In this document: in pieces, positions 50,260-59,070 of the stretch | Position numbering within the stretch: the stretch's first letter is position 1 | Layout: each line of letters opens with the position of its first letter | DNA from: an uncultured Alphaproteobacteria bacterium | Lineage (GTDB): Bacteria > Pseudomonadota > Alphaproteobacteria > Rhodobacterales > Rhodobacteraceae | DNA: 64,000 bases | Assembly: GCA_902524655.1 (NCBI GenBank) | Contig: CABZEG010000005.1 | Span: 3,851 to 67,850 of the forward strand | Direction: 5' to 3' | Program-made: the position numbers and the translations under genes | The notes under the pieces: generated by a model | The model's database searches: none | Seen by the model: only the letters and a program-made list of their open reading frames with translations | Told to the model about the DNA's origin: nothing

Positions 50260-51057
50260 TTGGTAAGAGCAGATGAGAACAATTGGTTGCTTCTTAATAG
50301 TCCTGATCATATATCCGATTTCATTAGAAAAAATGGATACTGGGGACTGAATGAGGCTACAATTGCTAAAGTCTTTTTAGCAAAGCGGTCACACACAAAT
50401 GTTCTTGATATTGGTTCCAATATTGGCGGTTTCACTTTGCCAATAGCAAAATTTGTGTCTTCTAACCACGGCAAAGTATTTGCTTTTGAACCGCAACGAA
50501 TTGTGTTCCAACAATTGTGTGCTAACATCTTTCTTAACCGACTAGACAATGTTTATTCTTATAACATAGCTCTATCTGACAATGTTTGTGAAATCGAGAT
50601 TCCAGAATTGGCTTTTTGGAAAAGCCAAAATATTGGTGCGTTCTCATTGGATGAAAGCATCAGAGCAAATCTTGTCGGAGAAGCTAAAATAGGAAAGACT
50701 TTAAAAAACGAAGAGTCTGATAAAAAATACAGCGTACAGCAACGAACACTTGATTCTTTGGATTTTTCTTTTGAAATAAGCCTTATGAAAGTAGATGTAG
50801 AGGGACTTGAATTGGAGTTTTTTAAAGGAGGTTTAAATACAATAAAACGAAATGACTTTCCTCCAATAATTTTTGAACTTTGGGAAAATAAAAGTTGGTA
50901 TAAAGAAAAGGCAGAAAATACAAAAAAAATTTTGACCGAGTGGGGATATAAATTTTATGCTTTTGGTCGCGAGATATTAGCACAAAATCCAAAGCATTCA
51001 ATTCAATGCGAAATTACTAAAGAGAACAACAAGATTAACTTAGCGATAAAGAGATAA
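50260..51057 (+). CDS. FkbM-family SAM-dependent methyltransferase
   Basis: VLDIGSNIGGFTLPIAK...VFAFEPQRIVFQQLCANIFLN...MKVDVEGLELEFFKG matches the Methyltransf_21/FkbM pattern. TTG start. Confidence 0.82.
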   Translation: MVRADENNWLLLNSPDHISDFIRKNGYWGLNEATIAKVFLAKRSHTNVLDIGSNIGGFTLPIAKFVSSNHGKVFAFEPQRIVFQQLCANIFLNRLDNVYSYNIALSDNVCEIEIPELAFWKSQNIGAFSLDESIRANLVGEAKIGKTLKNEESDKKYSVQQRTLDSLDFSFEISLMKVDVEGLELEFFKGGLNTIKRNDFPPIIFELWENKSWYKEKAENTKKILTEWGYKFYAFGREILAQNPKHSIQCEITKENNKINLAIKR

Positions 51058-51503
51058 CTTTATCATATTTTTTCCAATTTTTTTGAAATTTCACAATCAC
51101 TATTTGCTTAGCAAATCAACATGTACAGAAACATTAAGAGTGAAAATTAGGAGAAGGCTGCGTAATATACAAAAGAATATAAAAAATTAAACCATTAAGC
51201 CGAGTTGTGGAGGGAAAAAATTATTTTTTAACAAGTATGCGGGCCACCGAATATTGAAACTAGTATATTTTTCAATTATTAAAAATATATTACGATGGTG
51301 TCGTACAAATTTGTAAAATAGAAGCACGTTAACAATTTCTATTTATTGAGTTTTAAAAAGCTTAAAGCTTAAGTGGCATATTTTGTGATTTTAAGTGACA
51401 AACTTTTCTCTCAAAAAATATAATTTTTTTGTATTATTGAGGATACGGCTTCTTTTAATTTAAACAGGAAGCAATAGTTTTTTGAAAGTCTGAAAGGAAA
51501 AAA

Positions 51504-53498
51504 ATGAATTCTCCAAAACTTTCCTACAGAGCAGAAATTGATGGCTTACGAGCAATAGCCGTAGTTAGTGTAGTTTTATATCACGCAAAATTGGTGCTCT
51601 TTGGTAGAAATTGGTTTGAAGGTGGCTTTATTGGCGTAGATATCTTCTTTGTGATTAGTGGATATCTCATTACTCGCATTATTCTCTCTGAGCTTCATTC
51701 AAGAGGTTCATTTAGCTTTCTAAACTTTTATGAACGACGAGCACGACGAATTCTTCCGATGCTTCTTGCGGTAGTAGTTACTGCGTTCGCGTACGGCTTT
51801 TTAACCCTGTTGCCAAGTGAAATCAGAGAGTTATCCTTAAGCTCTTTATTTTCTATTTTTTTCACATCAAATTTCTTTTTTTTTGAAATCACGACTGAAT
51901 ATGGTGCCGAAAGCTCTTTTTTAAAGCCTATGCTTCATACTTGGAGCTTAGGTGTTGAAGAACAGTTTTATTTAGTATTTCCAATCTTAGCGATTGTCGC
52001 CTTTAAGTTTTTCAATAAACACTTTTTAACCATCATTGTTGGCTTATCTCTACTCAGCCTTCAATTTTCTGAGTTAATGGAAGTATGGAATTCTGATTTG
52101 AATTTCTATCTACCCTTTAGTAGGTTTTGGGAATTGGCCGTGGGTTCGATTCTTGCTTACAGAGAGCTTAACTATAGAACCTCGGATGAGGGTATTGCAA
52201 CAAAGTTGCTTCCAATATTTGGTCTGTATCTGATCACCTATAGTATTCTTTTTTTTGATGAAAAGACGCCTCACCCAAGTATTAATACCCTAGTTCCAAT
52301 TGTTGGTGTTGCATTAATCATTGGCTTTGCGTCAGCTGATGAATTGGTAGGTAAGGTCTTAGGGAGTAAGCCTCTCGTTTGGGTAGGGCTTATTAGTTAT
52401 TCAGCTTATTTGTGGCATTTCCCAATCTTTGCGTTTTATCGTATTGAAAAAGGCTCGTTATCTAATTTTGACAAATTTGAAGTGATAATTGGCACAGCCG
52501 TAATATCTGTCTTTGGGTATTTTCTAATCGAAAAACCGTTTAGAAAGAAGATTAAAACTAAGACTTTTGTCGTAGTTCTAACATCAGTTTCAACGTTGCT
52601 TATTGTGTGCCTCTCATATGTAGGTTTTTCCAAAGGATTTGAAAAACTTTGGGTTGACTATTCACAAAAAAATAAAGTAAACGCCTACCTGTTGATAAGA
52701 GATACTCAAACTCGATGGCCATATCATTTGGATAGGAAATGTATTTTCAATGTAATCAAGCAGCCTTCTTATGATTTAGGGGAGAGAATTTCTTCATGTA
52801 GAGCACAAAGTGAAGGAGTGATTTATGTAATGGGTGACTCGCACGCCATAAACTTATTCAATATGTTTGGATATAGTAATCAATTTTCGACAGTAGTTGG
52901 GTCTACACAAGGTAGTTGTAGACCACATGGCTGTAGGAAGAATATACCCAATCAATATAATTACTTTAAAGAAAAAATTCTGCCTCTAGTTAAATCAAAA
53001 GATACCATTATTTTTCATCAAAGCGGCTCATATTTGATGGCAGATCGAAATGGTTTAAATGACTCTCAAAGGACTTTTGACGAAGGTAGCGGCTCTATCG
53101 ATGTTGAAAACATTATAAAAGTAGGCAATTTTTTGAATGAAATTGCTAATAAAGTTGAAGCAAAGGTTATTTGGTTGGGTCCTTTTTTAGAGTACCGATA
53201 CAATCCTAAAAAAATCGTTAGTCAAGTTCGAAAAGACGGCTCCGTTAAACAAAAGTACCTTAAAGTCCATCCCAATAGTCCTATTCTGTTCGATAAGCTT
53301 GAAGAAGTACTCAATACTATTGAGGGCAACAAGTTTCATTACGTTTCTTTCGGAGAATTTTATCAAGTCGAGCATATTGCAATAGTCAAAGGAGTTGATG
53401 GTAGTAAGTGTTTTCAGTTTAGAGATACAGACCACTTTACAGAGTGTGGTGAGCGCAGAATTGCTGAGTCAGCAAATTATGATTTTTTAAGCTACTGA
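51504..53498 (+). CDS. Acyltransferase-3 family membrane O-acyltransferase with C-terminal SGNH-like domain (OafA/YrhL type)
   Basis: N-terminus YRAEIDGLRAIAVVSVVLYHA and about 10 TM helices (HTWSLGVEEQFY). A soluble C-terminal domain of about 270 aa carries YVMGDSHA. Confidence 0.88.
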   Translation: MNSPKLSYRAEIDGLRAIAVVSVVLYHAKLVLFGRNWFEGGFIGVDIFFVISGYLITRIILSELHSRGSFSFLNFYERRARRILPMLLAVVVTAFAYGFLTLLPSEIRELSLSSLFSIFFTSNFFFFEITTEYGAESSFLKPMLHTWSLGVEEQFYLVFPILAIVAFKFFNKHFLTIIVGLSLLSLQFSELMEVWNSDLNFYLPFSRFWELAVGSILAYRELNYRTSDEGIATKLLPIFGLYLITYSILFFDEKTPHPSINTLVPIVGVALIIGFASADELVGKVLGSKPLVWVGLISYSAYLWHFPIFAFYRIEKGSLSNFDKFEVIIGTAVISVFGYFLIEKPFRKKIKTKTFVVVLTSVSTLLIVCLSYVGFSKGFEKLWVDYSQKNKVNAYLLIRDTQTRWPYHLDRKCIFNVIKQPSYDLGERISSCRAQSEGVIYVMGDSHAINLFNMFGYSNQFSTVVGSTQGSCRPHGCRKNIPNQYNYFKEKILPLVKSKDTIIFHQSGSYLMADRNGLNDSQRTFDEGSGSIDVENIIKVGNFLNEIANKVEAKVIWLGPFLEYRYNPKKIVSQVRKDGSVKQKYLKVHPNSPILFDKLEEVLNTIEGNKFHYVSFGEFYQVEHIAIVKGVDGSKCFQFRDTDHFTECGERRIAESANYDFLSY

Positions 53499-54108
53499 CT
53501 TCGAAACCTTTCAACCGACTTTTCATTTCGTGTTGATAAAATTTGGGTAATTTGTTCCCTTTGTGCTCGCTAACAAGGCATTGTTAGGGACATGTAAGGA
53601 GGTGTATTCTATGTTTTATAAATATACGCTTTTTACAATTTCCACTATTAAAAAGAAGTGATCAAAGTAACTATTTTGTTGAATATTAGTTATTTAAATA
53701 AAACTAGTTTGAAAGGATAAATTTTTAGTAGAAAATTTTGTAATTCAATTTTTAGCATCTTCTTACCCTGTAAAACCTCTTAAAAAATAAAAGACCTTTA
53801 TATGACCTTGCTCTAATACTTGACATACGAAGTGCTGGAGTAAAAATATTGATTGGTATACGTTAACAATGTTTTGTATTTTCCATTTTATTTAATTTGG
53901 ATTTGCTGTGACTTATTACAAACTTAAACTCAATTAAAATGGGTTAATTTAATTTTCATTTTAATTTATGGTTACGGTATTTTGCTGTATTTTCAGGTAT
54001 AAAAAGTTTGCTGCTTTACAGAAATAATTTTTGTTTCAAATTAGTAGCAAGCTTGTAAAAATTATAAAAACAATATTTTATAAGGGCAATACTATTGAGT
54101 AAATCTAA

Positions 54109-56088
54109 ATGAATGGCACCTCGAAACCTGCTCTAAGACAATTAAGTGATCTTATAAAACACTTAAAGTGCAAAAGATTCAACGAAGCTGAGGAGACAGC
54201 AAGATCTATTTTAAAAGATTTCCCAAACAATCAGATTGCATGGAAAGCCCTTTGGGTTGCACAACAAAACACAAAAAAAACTAGTGAGTCATTAGACGCT
54301 GTTCAAAGATATGTTAAGCTAGCCCCAAAAGACCCTAAAGCACACTACTACTTAGGTATTACTCTCAAAGCATTAGGAAGATTTGAAGAGTCAGAAATTA
54401 GCCTTAAAACAGCTATAGAATATAAACCTGATTATTATAAAGCACACTTTAATTTAGGTGTCTCTCTCCATAAATTGGGAAAATTAAGAGAAGCATGCAG
54501 TGCTTTTAATCAAGCAATTTGTTTAAATAGCGAGTGTCTAAAAGCACTTAGAAATATTGGCTTTTTAATTATGAAACTCAGGTTTACATCATCAGAACCT
54601 GAATTGTATCCAGTATTGATCAATTTACTAAAGAAAAATATCATACGTCCTCGTGATTTGGCGCCCTCTATTTCAACACTTCTAAGACATGATCCCCTTA
54701 TCAGTAGTTTACTAGTTGAGAAAAATATTATTCACAGCGTAAAAAAAGTAACTGGGGTGATAAAGTCTCTTAATAGACTTAAGTTACTGCATCATTTGAT
54801 GCGTACATGTCCCCTACCCGACCTGCAATTAGAAGGATTATTTATGAAGTTACGGAGCTTTCTATTGAAAAACAATGATAAATTAGAGGCTTCTCCTGAG
54901 CTCGAATATTTTTTGTCAACCCTCTCTCTTCATTGTTTCACTAATGAGTATATTTACTACGAAAGTGAAGAAGAGTGTCAGCTAGTCACTAAGTTAGAAG
55001 CAATAATTTCTGAGGCGAGCACCAACTCAAAACAACCGAAAATACTTTCAATACTGTGTCTTGCATCTTACCGCCCACTTCATAAATTTGATTGGTGCAA
55101 AAAGATTAAAATTCTCAATCATTTAGATGAGATAAAGAAACGGCTAATTGAGGAACCGCTTCTTGAAAAGACTATTTCTAGAAACATAGTAGCAATAGAA
55201 GAGACATCCGACAAAGTATCAAAAAAGGTGCGAGTGCAATATGAAGAAAACCCTTATCCAAGATGGGTGAAACTAGCGCTATACACCAGTGGGAAGTCAA
55301 TCGACAAAGTTTTTAATAAAAATAAATTTCAACTTTATTCGGAAACCATTAAAGACATAACATCACCCAAAATACTTATTGCAGGGTGTGGCACTGGACA
55401 ACATGCGATAGAGACCGCTTCCCGCTTTTCTGAGTGCCACGTTACCGCAGTGGATCTGAGTCTTGCAAGTCTCGCATATGCCATAAGGAAAACAAATGAG
55501 CATAAACTGACTAATATAGATTATTTCCAAGCAGATATTTTGAAACTAAATCACCTGGGAAAAGAATTTGATATAGTTGAAAGCTCAGGTGTTCTTCATC
55601 ATATGTATGATCCCCTAGCTGGATGGCGAATGCTCACTAATCTTCTAAAGTATGGTGGTTTGATGAAAATAGGTTTGTATAGTGAGCTAGCTCGGCAGGA
55701 TATAGTGGAAATTAGAAAGAAAACTGAGAAAATAAGAGAGAAGATCTCCACCGATGATATGAAAAAATTTAGACAATCAGTTATAAAATCGCCTATTGGA
55801 CTCTATAAACAACTAGCCAAGTCCCAAGATTTTTTTAGTCTTAGTGACTTTAGAGACTTAATATTTCATGTTCAAGAACATCGTTTTACCCTCCCACAGA
55901 TTGAGCGTTGCCTCAAAGAGTTAGGGCTTAAGTTCTGCGGATTTGAAAATGAAGATATTATTTCAAGTTTTAGATCTTTGCATGGGAAATACGCAAACAA
56001 ATATGATCTAGAACTCTGGCATCAATATGAAAAGAATACTCCTAAAGCTTTTGGTGGGATGTATCAATTTTGGTGTCAAAAGATATAA
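54109..56088 (+). CDS. TPR-repeat / class I SAM-dependent methyltransferase fusion protein
   Basis: The N-terminal TPRs include AHYYLGITLKALGRFEESEISLKTAIEYKPDYYKAHFNLGVSLHKLGKLREA. SAM motif I is ILIAGCGTGQHA, with post-I VTAVDLS, then DIVESSGVLHHM. Confidence 0.8.
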   Translation: MNGTSKPALRQLSDLIKHLKCKRFNEAEETARSILKDFPNNQIAWKALWVAQQNTKKTSESLDAVQRYVKLAPKDPKAHYYLGITLKALGRFEESEISLKTAIEYKPDYYKAHFNLGVSLHKLGKLREACSAFNQAICLNSECLKALRNIGFLIMKLRFTSSEPELYPVLINLLKKNIIRPRDLAPSISTLLRHDPLISSLLVEKNIIHSVKKVTGVIKSLNRLKLLHHLMRTCPLPDLQLEGLFMKLRSFLLKNNDKLEASPELEYFLSTLSLHCFTNEYIYYESEEECQLVTKLEAIISEASTNSKQPKILSILCLASYRPLHKFDWCKKIKILNHLDEIKKRLIEEPLLEKTISRNIVAIEETSDKVSKKVRVQYEENPYPRWVKLALYTSGKSIDKVFNKNKFQLYSETIKDITSPKILIAGCGTGQHAIETASRFSECHVTAVDLSLASLAYAIRKTNEHKLTNIDYFQADILKLNHLGKEFDIVESSGVLHHMYDPLAGWRMLTNLLKYGGLMKIGLYSELARQDIVEIRKKTEKIREKISTDDMKKFRQSVIKSPIGLYKQLAKSQDFFSLSDFRDLIFHVQEHRFTLPQIERCLKELGLKFCGFENEDIISSFRSLHGKYANKYDLELWHQYEKNTPKAFGGMYQFWCQKI

Positions 56089-56339
56089 TTTGAATAATAG
56101 ATATATGGGTATATGTACTTAAACTTTTTTGTGTATTAACGTTAATCGTATTGTCTGTTTCAAAATATTTTTTAATATCATATTGGTACATGACCAATTC
56201 AGAGGAGGATATTAGTCTTTTCCCATTTCCAAGTTCAGATTAGGCTTTTACGGTCTCTTTCAGAATATCGAAAACTCAGCAAAGATTGCTTAAAGTTTAG
56301 TGTTTTAATCTCGATAAAAATTATGTGTAAATACGTTTT

Positions 56340-57302
56340 TCAGTACACGTCGCTATCGCCTTGAGAGAAATGCCATGCACCAGCCTTATTTATCTTATCC
56401 AGAATTGTCTCATTCCCTGTTATAAAAATGAAACGACTAGTATACTGAAGCTTGAGCCCGAAGTCGCCAAATGCTTTTGCATAACGATGATCTGGAGTCA
56501 GCCAGGCGGTAATTTTGTAACAACCCCATTGCGTAGCCAACGTTCCAACAAAATCGAGTGCAGCGGCGACTGCCTCATCTCTTTTTTGTTTAAGAAAAAA
56601 TTCGCAAATATGCAAAATTTTTCCATCTAATGATTCAAATATTTTAACAACTATAAAACCCATATCATCGCCTATTATAAAACTCATGTATACTTGCTTG
56701 GGTTTACTATACCTCCACTGAAGATAGTTATTGTCTCGATTGAAACCTAAATAAAAGTCAGTTTCTTGCCATATGCTTTTCTTGGATTTCAACAAAGAAA
56801 TATCAACAGCTTTTATAACAAAGCCTTGGTCTTTTGTCCGACGGGTTATTTCTTCTTCAAATAGATATTTTTGTCTAACTGGAACTTGACACAGCTCTAT
56901 CCATCCATTTCGCCTGAAGCTACGCTCCGAATTCTGGTTGGGAAAGGTTATCCCGATTTCGCCTGCTGCTAGAATACTTTCACGTGCTATCCGTCCTAAC
57001 ACATGAAGATGGCCTAACCCTCTAAAATCTGCGTGCGTCATTACGTCTTGTGCAGATCTGGCGACTATTAGGTCGTTACCCACTCTTATTCGATGACAAA
57101 CCATGGCAAAGAAAGAGATTATTTCATTATTATTTTCTATATAATAAAGATTTGCATTACCATTAGGTGTGTTAAAATATTGCCATTTTAAAACCTCAAG
57201 ATCGTGATCGATGTGAGGCATACATTGCCGCATCAACTTCAAAATTTTTGCTGCTGGGAACTCATCAAAGTTTGTAATTTTTCTTATATCTGGATTTTGC
57301 AC
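56340..57302 (-). CDS. Two-domain GNAT-like acyltransferase (about 320 aa)
   Basis: GNAT motif-A-like VMTHADFRGLGHLHVLGRIA in the N-terminal half. The size and layout resemble tandem-GNAT/FemAB-like acyltransferases. This is a by-eye call. Confidence 0.55.
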   Translation of the reverse strand: MQNPDIRKITNFDEFPAAKILKLMRQCMPHIDHDLEVLKWQYFNTPNGNANLYYIENNNEIISFFAMVCHRIRVGNDLIVARSAQDVMTHADFRGLGHLHVLGRIARESILAAGEIGITFPNQNSERSFRRNGWIELCQVPVRQKYLFEEEITRRTKDQGFVIKAVDISLLKSKKSIWQETDFYLGFNRDNNYLQWRYSKPKQVYMSFIIGDDMGFIVVKIFESLDGKILHICEFFLKQKRDEAVAAALDFVGTLATQWGCYKITAWLTPDHRYAKAFGDFGLKLQYTSRFIFITGNETILDKINKAGAWHFSQGDSDVY

Positions 57303-57699
57303 AAATAAGCCTTTTGATTGATTATGGCATACGTGCCTAGTAATTAGACTTCGCGATGACTCTCAAACTGTAACACATTTGACGTCAAAGTTGCTAGAGC
57401 GGATTGAAATAATATATTGTCAATTGTTTGAAGCACATTTAACCCAAATTATGTTTTAGTAGGTCAAATCAAACCTTTATACGTACACTTACCATGTACT
57501 AAATGATAAAACTTTAAATTTATTACTAAATACATAACACCAATAAAGCAAATAAACAAATAAGATGGATGTGTTAGACTTTTATTGGTAGACTTTTTGA
57601 AACAAAAAGACTGGAAGATTGGTATAGCGAGGCGGGTCTTAAATTGTCTTATACATAATTATCTGTTATCGTCTAACATGAACATTTTAGGGTCTTTAG

Positions 57700-57858
57700 A
57701 TGACTGATAATATTTTATCAATTGAAGAGCTTTCTGATAATTTAAAGCTAGCCGAGAACACTAACTACATTATTACATCAAATAATAAGATCTTGTATGT
57801 GAAATTAAAGAGCCTTCTTGGTTTGAAAGATTCTTCTTATATATTTGTGCAAAATTAG
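57700..57858 (+). CDS. Unlisted 52-aa ORF; possible excisionase/AlpA-type (HTH_17-like) DNA-binding protein
   Basis: Manual translation: MTDNILSIEELSDNLKLAENTNYIITSNNKILYVKLKSLLGLKDSSYIFVQN. The L[ST]IEE..x.L.....T.Y.I...NK pattern resembles MerR-superfamily excisionase HTH. Its stop overlaps the AGGAG RBS of the PIG-L gene. Confidence 0.35.
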   Translation: MTDNILSIEELSDNLKLAENTNYIITSNNKILYVKLKSLLGLKDSSYIFVQN

Positions 57859-57870
57859 GAGCTTGCAAAA

Positions 57871-58569
57871 ATGTTTTTTTCAACTGATTCTCGTATTTTG
57901 GTGGTAGTAGCACATCCTGATGACGAAGTGCTTGGATGTGGGGGTACGATCTTAAAAGCGGTTAATGCGGGTGCTACGGTCTCAATAATGTTTCTTGGTG
58001 AAGGAACATCATCAAGGTTTCCTGTTGGTGAATATCACTCTGAAGAATTCAAAACTAAGACAAAAATAAGAACAAACAGCGCTTTAAACGCCCTTGAGAT
58101 TTTGGGTGTAAAGGATTATTGGTTCGGTGAAAGGTTATCTTGCCAATTCGACAATGAAAAGTTGCTTGCTATTGCAAAGGACATTGAACTCCGCATTCAG
58201 CAATTTAAGCCAACTACTGTTTTAACACATGATCGTTCAGAAGTAAATGTTGATCATCGGCTTACATATGACGCGGTGGAAGCAGCTTGTCGTCCAACCA
58301 TGCAAAACTCACCTAAAGAAATTCTTTCTTTTGAAATCATATGCAGTGGAAGTTGGACTTTTGAGACTAGTTTTAAACCAAATGTTTTTGTTGATATCTC
58401 TGATGAATGGGAAAAAAAGATGGAAGCGTGGCATTGTTACAAAGGGGAGGATCGTCCTTTCCCTTTCCCAAGGTCAGATGAGGGTTTGCAAGCTCTTTCA
58501 GAGTATCGAGGACTAAGCGCAGGTTTGCATAAAGCGGAGGGTTTTAAACTCTTGAGGAAAATTATTTGA
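57871..58569 (+). CDS. PIG-L/LmbE-family N-acetylglucosaminyl-type deacetylase
   Basis: The ILVVVAHPDDEVLGCGGT signature plus downstream His/Asp residues (NVDHRL). An AGGAG RBS lies 9 nt upstream. Confidence 0.85.
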   Translation: MFFSTDSRILVVVAHPDDEVLGCGGTILKAVNAGATVSIMFLGEGTSSRFPVGEYHSEEFKTKTKIRTNSALNALEILGVKDYWFGERLSCQFDNEKLLAIAKDIELRIQQFKPTTVLTHDRSEVNVDHRLTYDAVEAACRPTMQNSPKEILSFEIICSGSWTFETSFKPNVFVDISDEWEKKMEAWHCYKGEDRPFPFPRSDEGLQALSEYRGLSAGLHKAEGFKLLRKII

Positions 58570-58725
58570 AAAATATGATTTCTCAGTACATATCGGAGTC
58601 ACTGAGTAAGAATAGCTTTGTAGTATCGATGTATACTTTTACTAGAATTGATAGATTTCTAAGTAGGTTAAAAGCAATTAAAAATAATTATTCTCCCCTT
58701 TTAAATTTTTGGAGGTTTTTTACTG

Positions 58726-59070
58726 TTGAGCAAAATATTTAAGATTTGTGATAAAGATGAATGGGAAGAAACACAAAACAATACTTTATTTGAAGGATCG
58801 AAAAATGATCAAATTGATGGATTTATTCACTTTTCTACCCGAGAACAATTGAAAGAAACTCTGGAGATCCATTTTAGATCAAAAAACAATTTGTACTTGT
58901 TAGAAGTAAACTCCGAAAAATTAGACATTGTTTGGGAAATCGGAAGAAACAAAGAGTTATTTCCTCATTTATATCAACCATTACCTCTAGCTAAAGTTGT
59001 CAGAGTTCATAGGATTTTTATAGACGCTAGGGGCAATCATCTAATTCCCGAAACAGTTTTTGATACGTAA
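58726..59070 (+). CDS. DUF952 protein
   Basis: IFKICDKDEWEE...DGFIHFSTREQL...ELFPHLYQPLPLAKVV matches the DUF952 pattern. TTG start preceded by GGAGG. Confidence 0.8.
   Translation: MSKIFKICDKDEWEETQNNTLFEGSKNDQIDGFIHFSTREQLKETLEIHFRSKNNLYLLEVNSEKLDIVWEIGRNKELFPHLYQPLPLAKVVRVHRIFIDARGNHLIPETVFDT

Noticed and set aside
58575-58742. 55-aa ORF (MISQYISESLSKNSFVV...) between the PIG-L and DUF952 genes
   Set aside because: It has no RBS and no recognisable motif, and its 3' end overlaps the DUF952 start and the GGAGG RBS. It is more likely non-coding spacer or a decayed fragment.
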